Positions 7,813 to 16,030 are shown, counted from the first letter of the stretch. The stretch: DNA of 20,000 bases from an uncultured virus (IMG/VR IMGVR_UViG_3300010344_001075) (IMGVR_UViG_3300010344_001075); one strand, 5' to 3'. Made by a program: numbers and translations. Notes: a model not told the origin generated them from the letters alone.

Positions 7813-8309
7813 CTTCGTATGGCCTCGAACTGTATTTCGATTTTGGAGGGACGCGATACTTGAACAACTTCGAACAGATCTTCTCTGTCTAAGTACCATA
7901 CACCCACTTCATCAAACCAAATGGAACGGTGTAATGTTTCATCAGGTGTGCTAAAGAGTTTGAGACAGGTGATGTCCAATGTTGAGAAGTCCCCGTGGCT
8001 TGTCCTGTCAGCCAATTCATCCAACAGTTTGATAAAGTCCGGTGTGATAATTATCAACCGACCACCCGGTTTTAAGACACTCCATATTTTGAATAAGAGT
8101 GTGGTTATCTCCGCATGAGTAAGGTGCTCAAACAAGTGTTCAGCCCGTACCTCATCCACCGATTCTGCGGCAAATAAGGAAGGCAGTTCCTGTACATCAG
8201 CCTCAATGAAATTATGCCCTTTATATTCTTCTTCCGGCAATACCATAAGGTCAATGTTGATGTAGTCAGGCAACAGTTTATTGCCACAACCAAGATTCAG
8301 TTTTTTCAT
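7809..8309 (-). CDS. Class I SAM-dependent methyltransferase (Methyltransf_11-like)
   Basis: Motif I KLNLGCG, YINID, ADVQELP...ESVDEV, HLFEHL and VLKPGGRLIIITPD. Confidence 0.88.
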   Translation of the reverse strand: MKKLNLGCGNKLLPDYINIDLMVLPEEEYKGHNFIEADVQELPSLFAAESVDEVRAEHLFEHLTHAEITTLLFKIWSVLKPGGRLIIITPDFIKLLDELADRTSHGDFSTLDITCLKLFSTPDETLHRSIWFDEVGVWYLDREDLFEVVQVSRPSKIEIQFEAIRR

Positions 8310-9334
8310 TCTACTCTTCGTTTAGACCATTTTGATTTATCAATGTGTTCTCCGGCATGCGAGGTAAACACCTTCTCCCCCATGGCAGGATCTTTTTCTT
8401 TCCAATAGTGATGTATAAAAGGACAGACCCAAATACAACCAGGGCAGTCCATCGCATCAAGACGAACAGCCTCCTTCCATTCCTCTGTCTTTTCAGGCAA
8501 ATCAAAAATGGTAAATTTTGGTGTTCTTGTGCCCTTACGGTAACCACAGACTCGTAGAGTACCATCGGCATCAATTGTAGGACCATCATAGGGGTTACCC
8601 TGACAATGCCAACCCATCCCTATCAATTTGGGATTGTCAACGATTGCCTGTAGGTATTCAGGGTTGTATATTAGTAAATTTGATTCCTCAAGAAGAGACT
8701 TGAAAACAGAAGTCACAACGATATAATCTTGTTCTTTAAACAAGTAATCTTTCATGTCTTCCTCCGGTGGAAAGAAATCATACTGATGATCTTTACTCCA
8801 ATGGATAAGATTAATGCCAGCGAAAATGCCTAACTTTGACAGCTGCTGTACAATCAAACCAATGTAGGCAATGTTCCTGCGGTGTACCGTAATTGTACCT
8901 TGCATGTCAACTTCCGGGTGTAACTTTTTCACTCGGTAGAAGGCGTCCCAGGCATCCGCCGCTTTTTCAATTGAGGCATCCCGTACCTGACTCCTGGCTC
9001 CCATAGGATAATCAACACCACAAGATAAGTTGTCAATAACTTTATCTCCAAGTAGAATCTGCTCATTCTTACTAAACAGTTTCTTTGGTGCAGTGGTGTA
9101 CATGGCATATGGCACTTTGTTTGCCTTGAATATAGGAACCAACTTTTCACCCAAGAGCCAAGGTTCGTTTCCTAAGATAAGGTTGAAAGTTACACCGATA
9201 TCTTTCAATATATCAAATGCCTCAATCCACTGTTCCTCTGTCAATTCCGGTCCGGTATCCTTTCCTTCACGAATAGAACAATAGGCACAGTCTCTTGGAC
9301 ATCTTCGCGTCATATACGTTACGGCAAGTTTCAT
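8306..9334 (-). CDS. Radical SAM protein with C-terminal SPASM/twitch-like auxiliary cluster region
   Basis: [11 protein letters not shown] (CX3CX2C), LGNEPWL, and C-terminal HCQGN...[11 protein letters not shown]...CPGCIWVC. Confidence 0.9.
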   Translation of the reverse strand: MKLAVTYMTRRCPRDCAYCSIREGKDTGPELTEEQWIEAFDILKDIGVTFNLILGNEPWLLGEKLVPIFKANKVPYAMYTTAPKKLFSKNEQILLGDKVIDNLSCGVDYPMGARSQVRDASIEKAADAWDAFYRVKKLHPEVDMQGTITVHRRNIAYIGLIVQQLSKLGIFAGINLIHWSKDHQYDFFPPEEDMKDYLFKEQDYIVVTSVFKSLLEESNLLIYNPEYLQAIVDNPKLIGMGWHCQGNPYDGPTIDADGTLRVCGYRKGTRTPKFTIFDLPEKTEEWKEAVRLDAMDCPGCIWVCPFIHHYWKEKDPAMGEKVFTSHAGEHIDKSKWSKRRVE

Positions 9335-9888
9335 GGTAAAGCAATCAGTTGTAACAATTCTGCTCTAGCTGTGGCATCATCCAAGAAGCTGCCCGTCAAT
9401 GACGAAGTTGTCATAGTTGACTGCTGTTTGTTTACTCCACGCATCCTCATACACATATGAGTGGCCTCAATGATACAGGCAGCACCCTCTGGTTGTAGAT
9501 ATTCCATTAACGCCTCAGTAACTTGTTGACCGATACGTTCCTGAATTTGTAATCTACGGGCAAAGACATCAACAAGTCGAGCCAACTTGGACAAGCCTAT
9601 TACCTTCTTTCCTGGTATATAGGCAACATGAGCTTTTCCAAAAAATGGAAGCATGTGGTGTTCACACATAGAATAGAGCTCAATGTTCTTACAAATGACA
9701 ATTTGACTGTACCCATTCGTGTCTACGAAGGTTGTGAACAATGATGCCACGTCCTGTTTGTAACCGGCATACAGTTCACTCCAAGACCTTACAACACGTT
9801 TGGGGGTGTCGTATAATCCCTCTCGCGAAGGATCCTCCCCCAAACGGTGTAAGATTTCTTTGAGCAGGTCTTCACTACTCAATCCCAT
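9331..9888 (-). CDS. folE: GTP cyclohydrolase I
   Basis: [45 protein letters not shown] and HMCMRMRGV. The likely start is ATG 9888. Confidence 0.97.
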   Translation of the reverse strand: MGLSSEDLLKEILHRLGEDPSREGLYDTPKRVVRSWSELYAGYKQDVASLFTTFVDTNGYSQIVICKNIELYSMCEHHMLPFFGKAHVAYIPGKKVIGLSKLARLVDVFARRLQIQERIGQQVTEALMEYLQPEGAACIIEATHMCMRMRGVNKQQSTMTTSSLTGSFLDDATARAELLQLIALP

Positions 9889-10534
9889 TCTCGGTAAGTT
9901 TGAGGTTACCAAGCCAGTTCGGATCACGCTTGATCCTGTACTTGATGTGGTTGTTTACCAGTCCCTGGTTGGCAGACATCTTCAGCCCACGGGCTTTGAT
10001 TTCCTTTTCAAGCTTGGGCAGGATCTCATCCCAGGCACCTCCGGCAAGTATCACCTCATCGGTGAAAGCGGCGAAAGAGCCTTCATGCTTGAACTTCGGT
10101 TTTGCATCGCCTGCGACCTTGACGTTGTTTTTCTTGGCAGGGGGTGCCGGTGGGGCTTTCTTGGCAGGTGCTTTCTTGGCAGGTAGAGCTTCCTCTTCAG
10201 GATCTTCCTCCTCTTCAGGATCTTCCTCCTCTTCAGGATCTTCCTCCTCCTCTTCCTCTTCAGGTTCTTCTTTCTCCTTCACAGGAGCCGGTTTCTTTTT
10301 ACCAGTTGCCTTGGGCTTGTCTTTGTATTCTTCGATGATTTCAAGAGTTTCCTCAGTGAACTCATCATCAGGGGTAATGAGACCTGGTTCGTTAACGGTA
10401 TCTTTGATGATAGCTTCCAGCTCGGGAGCCTTCATCTTATTCGTGATGACAATGTCATCCTTGTTCTCGTCAACAAGACCAAGTGTTTCAACCAGTTCTT
10501 TCGCCGCTGATCTCAGCTCTTCAATTTTACGCAT
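9875..10534 (-). CDS. Hypothetical protein with acidic and Lys/Pro/Ala-rich low-complexity linker
   Basis: 219 aa with a central (EEEEDP)x3 and PAKKA repeats between two apparently folded ends. It has its own upstream promoter-like motif. Confidence 0.8.
   Translation of the reverse strand: MRKIEELRSAAKELVETLGLVDENKDDIVITNKMKAPELEAIIKDTVNEPGLITPDDEFTEETLEIIEEYKDKPKATGKKKPAPVKEKEEPEEEEEEEDPEEEEDPEEEEDPEEEALPAKKAPAKKAPPAPPAKKNNVKVAGDAKPKFKHEGSFAAFTDEVILAGGAWDEILPKLEKEIKARGLKMSANQGLVNNHIKYRIKRDPNWLGNLKLTENGIE
10191..10244. repeat. Coding tandem repeat, 3 x 18 bp (tcctcttcaggatcttcc)
   Basis: Three perfect adjacent copies at 10191, 10209 and 10227. A nearby 15-bp repeat gctttcttggcaggt occurs twice at 10155-10184. 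Confidence 0.95.
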
Positions 10535-10577
10535 AGTGTTTCAAATGTTTTAAATTAGACATAAAAGAGTGTTCGCA

Positions 10578-10592
10578 ATATTATACGAAAAA
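10578..10592 (-). promoter_or_regulatory. Putative phage-specific promoter motif TTTTTCGTATAATAT
   Basis: Intergenic, about 45 nt upstream of the ATG at 10534. An identical 15-mer is at 14362-14376 and the core TTCGTATAA is at 16003-16011. Confidence 0.7.
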
Positions 10593-10608
10593 GTTTTCTA
10601 TTTCTATT

Positions 10609-11375
10609 TCAAATACCTATTTTCTTATCCCACAAGACAATGTGTTCACGTGTACGGAACAGTACACCTTCCCGGATTGCTAATTGAACAACCATTTCTG
10701 TATTTGCATCTACTTCAGTCTTGGTTGCCCCTTCAGGCATAAGAATAACTTGAGACCGATCAATGTATCGTGTTTTTAAAAACATTGAATCAATCTCATA
10801 CCAATCCTCAGGTTTGGTAATAACAAACTTGAACCAAGAATTACGGTAACTGGCAGCGTCTACAATGACTAAAGGATTATATCGCTTCTGGTACGGATTC
10901 CCGCTGCTATCAAGTTTTGGCGAATTATTCCAACAATCAATGTACTGAGACATAACGCTGGTCGGGAATAAACTACACTCATTTTCAATTTCTGTGTAGG
11001 GTTTGAAGTGAAAACGCTTTTGAAACTGATACAAAAATTCTACCAAATGATCTTGTTGCAGTAATGGACTACCTCCGGTAAGGACAGATGTTGTCCATTT
11101 TTTAGACTTGGTATGATTAGACTATCCGCCATCATTGAAAATAGTTCATCAAACGTGTACGGATTACCTTGTTTCCAAACTTCAGTGGTGTCACACCATA
11201 CGCAATCCAATGAGCAACCTTGTAGGCGTAAGAAAGCCGAAGGGTGTCCAAGGTTTATCCCTTCTCCTTGTATGGAGTCATAAAAGAACTCAGAAACACG
11301 AAGGTAATTTTCATGCTCTGGCCTTTTTCGCTTTTCAATAGGAAAAGCCCGTATCAATTGTTTTGCTTCAATCAT
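10609..11375 (-). pseudogene. queE: 7-carboxy-7-deazaguanine synthase QueE interrupted by a single frameshift (real mutation, recoding or sequencing error)
   Basis: The 5' part has SIQGEG, FLRLQGCSLDCVWCDT. At about 11086 the -1 frame continues VLTGGSPLLQQDHLVEFLY...NSPKL...FKFVI...LMPEG...REHIVLW. Adding one base gives a protein of about 255 aa. Confidence 0.9.
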
Positions 11376-11725
11376 GGTTCGTACCGGGCTGAGGTTTTTG
11401 GTGTCTCACTTACTTCCACTGCACATACTTCGGGATGCATTGCATGAAAAATATTGAACAGATCCCAAGCCATGTTTTCAGCGGTGGGATTGTACTGTAA
11501 GAAATCATTGAGATGTTGATGATCAAACACGTCATCAATAAACTTTTTGATGTCGTCCAATTCCCGGTAATCAACGATAAAACCTGTGTCGTTAAGTTCT
11601 TCCGCACAAAGCTCCACAGTCACCACATAATTGTGGCCGTGTACCCTGCTGCACGGGTGAGTCTCAGGCCGGCAATTAAGTTGGTGGCTTGCTGAGAAAT
11701 GAAATTCTTTTCTAATTTTGTACAT
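11372..11725 (-). CDS. queD: 6-carboxy-5,6,7,8-tetrahydropterin synthase QueD
   Basis: FSASHQL, CSRVHGHNY, GFIVDY, FDHQHLND, PTAENMA and VEVSETP. Confidence 0.96.
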   Translation of the reverse strand: MYKIRKEFHFSASHQLNCRPETHPCSRVHGHNYVVTVELCAEELNDTGFIVDYRELDDIKKFIDDVFDHQHLNDFLQYNPTAENMAWDLFNIFHAMHPEVCAVEVSETPKTSARYEP

Positions 11726-11749
11726 CTTGTCCTCCTATCTTTTGGTTAG

Positions 11750-12097
11750 TTATTCATCCGCTGGCATAACACCTGACATGTCTATCCACATTGGTTTTTC
11801 GATTCCCTTTTCATCAACAACCCATAAACGATGATTTTCATCATCAATACGATTGACAAGGAATCGCATAGAAAACCCTTCCGGTGTCATATCAACACCA
11901 AGTTTAGCAAAGGCGTCAGGGTTGAGCTTTAATCGTTGCCGCACATAGAACTGAGATGCGTTCAGTTGCTGTTGTGTTTCCGCCTGCCGCATCTCACGAA
12001 GTTCGTCCAAGCATTCTGTCAGTAACTGCTTATTGGCCTCAGACTTTGTCGAAGCTCGTACTGACTGTAATTTGAGAATGATTTGTTCTGTACTCAT
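11750..12097 (-). CDS. Hypothetical protein (115 aa)
   Basis: The ATG at 12097 (MSTEQIILK...) lies 1 nt after the helicase stop. It has a helical N-terminus and a beta-rich C-terminus. Confidence 0.7.
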   Translation of the reverse strand: MSTEQIILKLQSVRASTKSEANKQLLTECLDELREMRQAETQQQLNASQFYVRQRLKLNPDAFAKLGVDMTPEGFSMRFLVNRIDDENHRLWVVDEKGIEKPMWIDMSGVMPADE

Positions 12098-12098
12098 A

Positions 12099-13349
12099 TC
12101 AATTGTTTTCTGTTGCTTCCCAATTCGTGTTGAGTTTATCTTCAGTCTGTGTGTAATGTAGAGAGAACGTCTTAAAACCAAAGCCCCCGGCACGTTGCTT
12201 ATCTTTCATGATGGTAAACCAAGCTTCTCCAGCGTCTGGGTTCTTCCTTGCGTGATTTGTCAATCGGAAGATATTATGGGCCATAGCCCCCATGGCCGAT
12301 GCTCCCCTAAGGCCCTTTTTGCCGTCTTTACCAGAGTGGTGTAGGAGAAGGCATGCTACATCGAGCGCACGGAGATCTCTCAAGAGGGGGCTTATTTTCA
12401 CGTTCCATTCGCTATTACTGTTCTCTTCCTCAAGCCCAAACAGGGTGCTAGCACTATCCAAGACAATCAACTTGTAGGTTGGGTGCTCTTTTAGCCAACG
12501 TAGAAGTTTCAATTGATTTTCACGTTTGGCAAGGTAGAACGAATCTTCTGTAGCTAACTGATACTCCGGTATTGATAAAATTTGCATACGAAAGTCACTT
12601 CGTTGCTTACCCAACCACTCAAACTGAGTAACCCTTTCTTCCATCTCTTGCTCACCTAACTCCCCGTCAACATACAAGCATCCCGTGTTATGTTTGACTT
12701 GCCAAGTACCTATATCACATTCTTCTCGATCGAACTCTTTTAGGCCAAGAAGGTACCCGATAGATATTGTCAACAACGATTTACCAGATCCGTAGTTCCC
12801 ATAGATGATTGTCAACTGCCCTTCTCGTAACCAAGGTGATAAGAGCATTCGTGGTGGGTCCTTCCTGTGCCGACGTATCTGGGAAGCTGTCTTGATAAAC
12901 GTTGTCAAGGAAACCCCACCTGACTCGATAGGTTTAAAACTTCTTATCAACTCTACCGCATCCTCTGTCTTACCTTCCCCTACCAAACCTTCAATGGTTT
13001 GAGACAACAAACGGAGATGTCTTTCATTGAAATACTTCTCCGTTTCGTCAAACAAGAATTGGGTATCAACACCTTCCTTGACAAACTCTTTACTCAAGGA
13101 TGGAAGAATATCTTGTTCTATTTCTTCCGCAATGTCTTTTGGTATCTTATTGTCGCGAACCTTACTCAAGTAGATTGCTTCGATGCCTTTGCCAGGGGCT
13201 TCGTTATACTTGTCAAAGTACTCCCAGATCCAAGTGGCAAGTCTCTTGGCAGTGACAGACTCAAGAAGTGAGATGTTCCAAATAGGTTTGACCTTCTTTA
13301 GAAACTCTGTCGAGGTGATTAAGCCGATCAGTATCTTTCTTTCTATCAT
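12099..13349 (-). CDS. SF4 replicative helicase, RepA/AAA_25-type motor with DnaB-like N-terminal region
   Basis: Walker A GNYGSGKS, LYVDGELG, Walker B LIVLDS, LLLHHSGK, LRGASA and a C-terminal KQR finger. Confidence 0.88.
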   Translation of the reverse strand: MIERKILIGLITSTEFLKKVKPIWNISLLESVTAKRLATWIWEYFDKYNEAPGKGIEAIYLSKVRDNKIPKDIAEEIEQDILPSLSKEFVKEGVDTQFLFDETEKYFNERHLRLLSQTIEGLVGEGKTEDAVELIRSFKPIESGGVSLTTFIKTASQIRRHRKDPPRMLLSPWLREGQLTIIYGNYGSGKSLLTISIGYLLGLKEFDREECDIGTWQVKHNTGCLYVDGELGEQEMEERVTQFEWLGKQRSDFRMQILSIPEYQLATEDSFYLAKRENQLKLLRWLKEHPTYKLIVLDSASTLFGLEEENSNSEWNVKISPLLRDLRALDVACLLLHHSGKDGKKGLRGASAMGAMAHNIFRLTNHARKNPDAGEAWFTIMKDKQRAGGFGFKTFSLHYTQTEDKLNTNWEATENN

Positions 13350-13351
13350 GT

Positions 13352-14188
13352 CTATTCTATGTAGAGGTTGCCATAGGTGTCGCGATAATATCCATCAGGG
13401 CAGAGATTATATCTGATACCGTCATCAATAACAAATTTCTTTTGTCCTGGAGAGGTCCCGTATTCTATTCTTGTCATGGCATCTTCTAATCTAATAAATT
13501 TCATGCGGAGTGAGTACCCTGACTCGATTACTGGAACATACTCACCTCCTATATTCTTGTCGTACCAATCTAAAACCTTTTCTATCCTTTCCATCTCGAC
13601 ACCCATTGTCTCGGATAGCTTCCTAATCTCGGTGGCCCATTGTAGAAGTATCAAGTGGGTAGGATTGATTTTCTTTTTCTTCTTTATGATGTCGCGCAAC
13701 CGTATCGCGTATGGTAGGCAAGATGCTGTTCTTTCTTCCTTGGTTAGCTTTGGTTTTGGCGGTAATTCTTGTATTGTCTTTTCAAGGAAAGGAAAACCGT
13801 TTGATTTAGGCTTTCTCTTGGCGGCTACTGACACACCTTGATTAATGGAGGGGCTGCTTACTTTGTCTATATTTTTGGAAGAAATAGAAAAGGTTAGGTC
13901 TTTCTGGTCTTTATGTTTGGTACTAAAAGTACCAACAAAGACCTTACTTAAGAGTAAATATAAAAATAAATCTTTTGACACCTTGACGTTTATTGATTGC
14001 CCTTGATTTTGGGTGCGAAACCGATTGACGGTGTCGAAGATGTATCGTTCGAGTTTGCTAAAAGACTTTTGGGTGCGAAAATTGCTTGAGGGTATCTTGA
14101 TATGTACATCTCCTGTTTCTTGACAAAAGTACACATCAACAGTCAAGGTAGTATCTTGTTTCTTTTCTTTAAATTTCGTTCGTTGCAT
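13352..14188 (-). CDS. Putative replication initiator / helicase-loader-type protein
   Basis: Basic 278-aa ORF directly upstream of the helicase, with a low-complexity middle carrying DNA repeats. The C-terminal helical domain WATEIRKL...IEKVLDWY...IESGYSLRMKFIRLE recalls phage initiator C-termini. Confidence 0.55.
   Translation of the reverse strand: MQRTKFKEKKQDTTLTVDVYFCQETGDVHIKIPSSNFRTQKSFSKLERYIFDTVNRFRTQNQGQSINVKVSKDLFLYLLLSKVFVGTFSTKHKDQKDLTFSISSKNIDKVSSPSINQGVSVAAKRKPKSNGFPFLEKTIQELPPKPKLTKEERTASCLPYAIRLRDIIKKKKKINPTHLILLQWATEIRKLSETMGVEMERIEKVLDWYDKNIGGEYVPVIESGYSLRMKFIRLEDAMTRIEYGTSPGQKKFVIDDGIRYNLCPDGYYRDTYGNLYIE
14007..14080. repeat. Direct repeat ttttgggtgcgaaa x2 (iteron-like), 60 bp apart
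   Basis: Perfect 14-mers at 14007-14020 and 14067-14080 inside the initiator-like gene. Confidence 0.8.
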
Positions 14189-14209
14189 GTCGCAAGTTAA
14201 TTGTGAAAA

Positions 14210-14252
14210 TATCAGAAGGTTTCCCCGAGGCGGCGGGTACTCCCTTCTGATA
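14210..14252 (-). promoter_or_regulatory. Stem-loop in 5' leader of initiator-like gene
   Basis: Perfect 10-bp inverted repeat tatcagaagg (14210-14219) / ccttctgata (14243-14252) around a GC-rich 23-nt loop. Confidence 0.6.
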
Positions 14253-14328
14253 CAAACCTAAGAAAACTGGAAACAAAAATATCTTTTTCATGATCCGCCT
14301 ATTCATGTTTTAGTTATCGTGCAAACAA

Positions 14329-14360
14329 CAAATATAAAGACCGTTTTTGATATTTACAAA
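14329..14360 (-). promoter_or_regulatory. Bacteroidota-type housekeeping promoter (-33 TTTG / -7 TAnnTTTG)
   Basis: The minus strand reads TTTG-TAAATATCAAAAACGGTCTT(20 nt)-TATATTTG, an exact match to the Bacteroidota consensus, and it is intergenic. Confidence 0.7.
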
Positions 14361-14361
14361 C

Positions 14362-14376
14362 ATATTATACGAAAAA
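14362..14376 (-). promoter_or_regulatory. Putative phage-specific promoter motif TTTTTCGTATAATAT
   Basis: Identical to 10578-10592 and intergenic, upstream of the initiator/helicase genes. Confidence 0.7.
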
Positions 14377-14431
14377 TTTTTGAGAACATTTATTCACTTG
14401 ATTTTTATATAGTTGTACCAATGAATGTTGT

Positions 14432-14596
14432 TCACGCAACTTTCATAATTCGGTAGTCTACCCACATAGTTCTTCCATATTTCATGTGTAAAAAGCGAAT
14501 TATATCAGTGTCAGTGAATGACATAGGAACCAATTCTTTCTTGAGTTTACCCTGAGGCATCGTGACGTACACCGTCTTCTTTCTGATGGAATTCAT
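14432..14596 (-). CDS. Small hypothetical protein (54 aa)
   Basis: Below the track cutoff. Manual translation gives MNSIRKKTVYVTMPQGKLKKELVPMSFTDTDIIRFLHMKYGRTMWVDYRIMKVA*, with an ATGA overlap with the upstream gene. Confidence 0.6.
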   Translation of the reverse strand: MNSIRKKTVYVTMPQGKLKKELVPMSFTDTDIIRFLHMKYGRTMWVDYRIMKVA

Positions 14597-15090
14597 AGGG
14601 CATCTGCAGTTCTCATAAACACTTCATTTTCGGGCAGTGGGCAGTTCTCTATCCACTCGATATCTTCCTTGATTTTCCATTTGTGTTTCAAGGGGAATAT
14701 CGAGATACCTTTAAAGATGTTTAGTCGCAGCGAAAGGCTCTCATCAAAGTCTGCCTCTCTTTCGGACTCAACAAAGTGACGGGCGTCGTATCTGTCATGT
14801 ATCGTAACTGTGAGCCCGTCAAGCATCCAGTCAAGACAATAGAACAAAACAGTTGCCAAGTCTGTCGTGTACAGTATTATTTTGGCAAACGTGTTTTCTT
14901 TTCGTATCGCACGAATTAGACGTTGTACACGCAGCGGTTCTGTCATAGGTTCTCCACCTGTTATCATGATTTCATCGTACCCTGCGTAACTGGTACAGAC
15001 AGGTAGTTTAGATAGGTCCCATTGATTGTTGCAACAACCGGAACAATTTTTGTTGCAGTTTTTCGTAATCAATAATCTTAGCTTTTTCAT
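14593..15090 (-). CDS. Short radical SAM protein
   Basis: ITKNCNKNCSGC (CX3CX2C), IMITGGEP, ILYT and DGLTVTIH. Only 165 aa. Confidence 0.85.
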   Translation of the reverse strand: MKKLRLLITKNCNKNCSGCCNNQWDLSKLPVCTSYAGYDEIMITGGEPMTEPLRVQRLIRAIRKENTFAKIILYTTDLATVLFYCLDWMLDGLTVTIHDRYDARHFVESEREADFDESLSLRLNIFKGISIFPLKHKWKIKEDIEWIENCPLPENEVFMRTADAL

Positions 15091-15983
15091 ATGATTTGTT
15101 TTACAAGATAATTGGCTTCTTCTTGCGACAACCCACCAGGGTCACCAACGATATCAATTCTAAAGGCATCAACCCCGCGGAACTTGAGTTCGGCAACAAG
15201 TTTGTTGGCTTGCTTTATTGCTTGAGGGTCGTCATCGTACATAACGGCAACCCTGGTAAAGTGTCGGGCAATCTCTCTGACTTGCCTTGCAGTAAACTCA
15301 ATGCCGAAAGTGGCAAAGGCATCGTACCCTAGACGCCAGACATCAGTAGGGCCCTCGACAGCGATACCTGTACTTCTCCATTTGTCTTGACGACCGTAGA
15401 CAATATGTTTGTGGAAGATAACTTCGCGATCTTTGGGGCAGGTAATATATTTCCAAGGACTCTTGTTTGTGATATCCCGCGATGTAAAGCTCGCTGCCGT
15501 GTTGTCCCACAGTATAGGTATAATTATCCTATGCTTAAAAGATAAGTGATCCAGGGTAGAATAAGGACCCGTACCGACGACATTCCATTGTCGGATAATA
15601 CGATCGGGATCGAAACCCCTGTCAAGTAAATATTTCCTGTGGTTCTTTTCTAAAGGTCCTGTCCCAGAGGGCATCTGGTGGGGTTTGGTAGGTGTCGCAG
15701 TGAGTTGTTCTTTAGGCTTTGCAAAGATGATCCCGTATTGCTTTATCAACTCTGCGGTTTCTCCTGGGCTTACCTTTATCATCTTTGCTATTGTCGGCAC
15801 GATAGGGTGCCAACCACAACGCCAACAATAATAGTGTTCATTGTGTAGATCGAAACCGAGATGGAACCCCGGGTTGCCTGTACACCAAGGGCAGGGTGAG
15901 TTTACCCAACCAGGTCGGCAATGCTTATGGCCCTCCGTCAAGTGGGAGATGCCAAAGTCATGATAAAGTTGTAGGATGTCCAT
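15087..15983 (-). CDS. DNA primase (Zn finger + TOPRIM)
   Basis: CPWC...HLGF...YYCWRCG zinc-binding domain, YLLDRGF, RIIIPI, KY, TOPRIM AVEGPTDV, MYDDD and GDPG. Confidence 0.92.
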   Translation of the reverse strand: MDILQLYHDFGISHLTEGHKHCRPGWVNSPCPWCTGNPGFHLGFDLHNEHYYCWRCGWHPIVPTIAKMIKVSPGETAELIKQYGIIFAKPKEQLTATPTKPHQMPSGTGPLEKNHRKYLLDRGFDPDRIIRQWNVVGTGPYSTLDHLSFKHRIIIPILWDNTAASFTSRDITNKSPWKYITCPKDREVIFHKHIVYGRQDKWRSTGIAVEGPTDVWRLGYDAFATFGIEFTARQVREIARHFTRVAVMYDDDPQAIKQANKLVAELKFRGVDAFRIDIVGDPGGLSQEEANYLVKQII

Positions 15984-16002
15984 TTAAAAGGGTTACAATA
16001 TG

Positions 16003-16011
16003 TTATACGAA
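16003..16011 (-). promoter_or_regulatory. Third copy of promoter-like core TTCGTATAA
   Basis: In the short intergenic gap between the sigma and primase genes, 20 nt upstream of the primase ATG. Confidence 0.55.
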
Positions 16012-16030
16012 TATCAATACTATTTTACAG

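Noticed and set aside
7809..8309. DNA adenine/cytosine methyltransferase of a restriction-modification system
   Set aside because: It is only 166 aa with no DPPY/NPPY or PCQ catalytic motif, and resembles small-molecule class I methyltransferases.
10155..10265. CRISPR-like or regulatory repeat array
   Set aside because: The repeats are adjacent without spacers, have unit lengths that are multiples of 3, and encode the EEEEDP/PAKKA linker.
10609..11046. Independent 145-aa gene as given in the ORF track
   Set aside because: It is the C-terminal half of QueE: the same frame extends upstream through VLTGGSPLLQ to the frameshift site.
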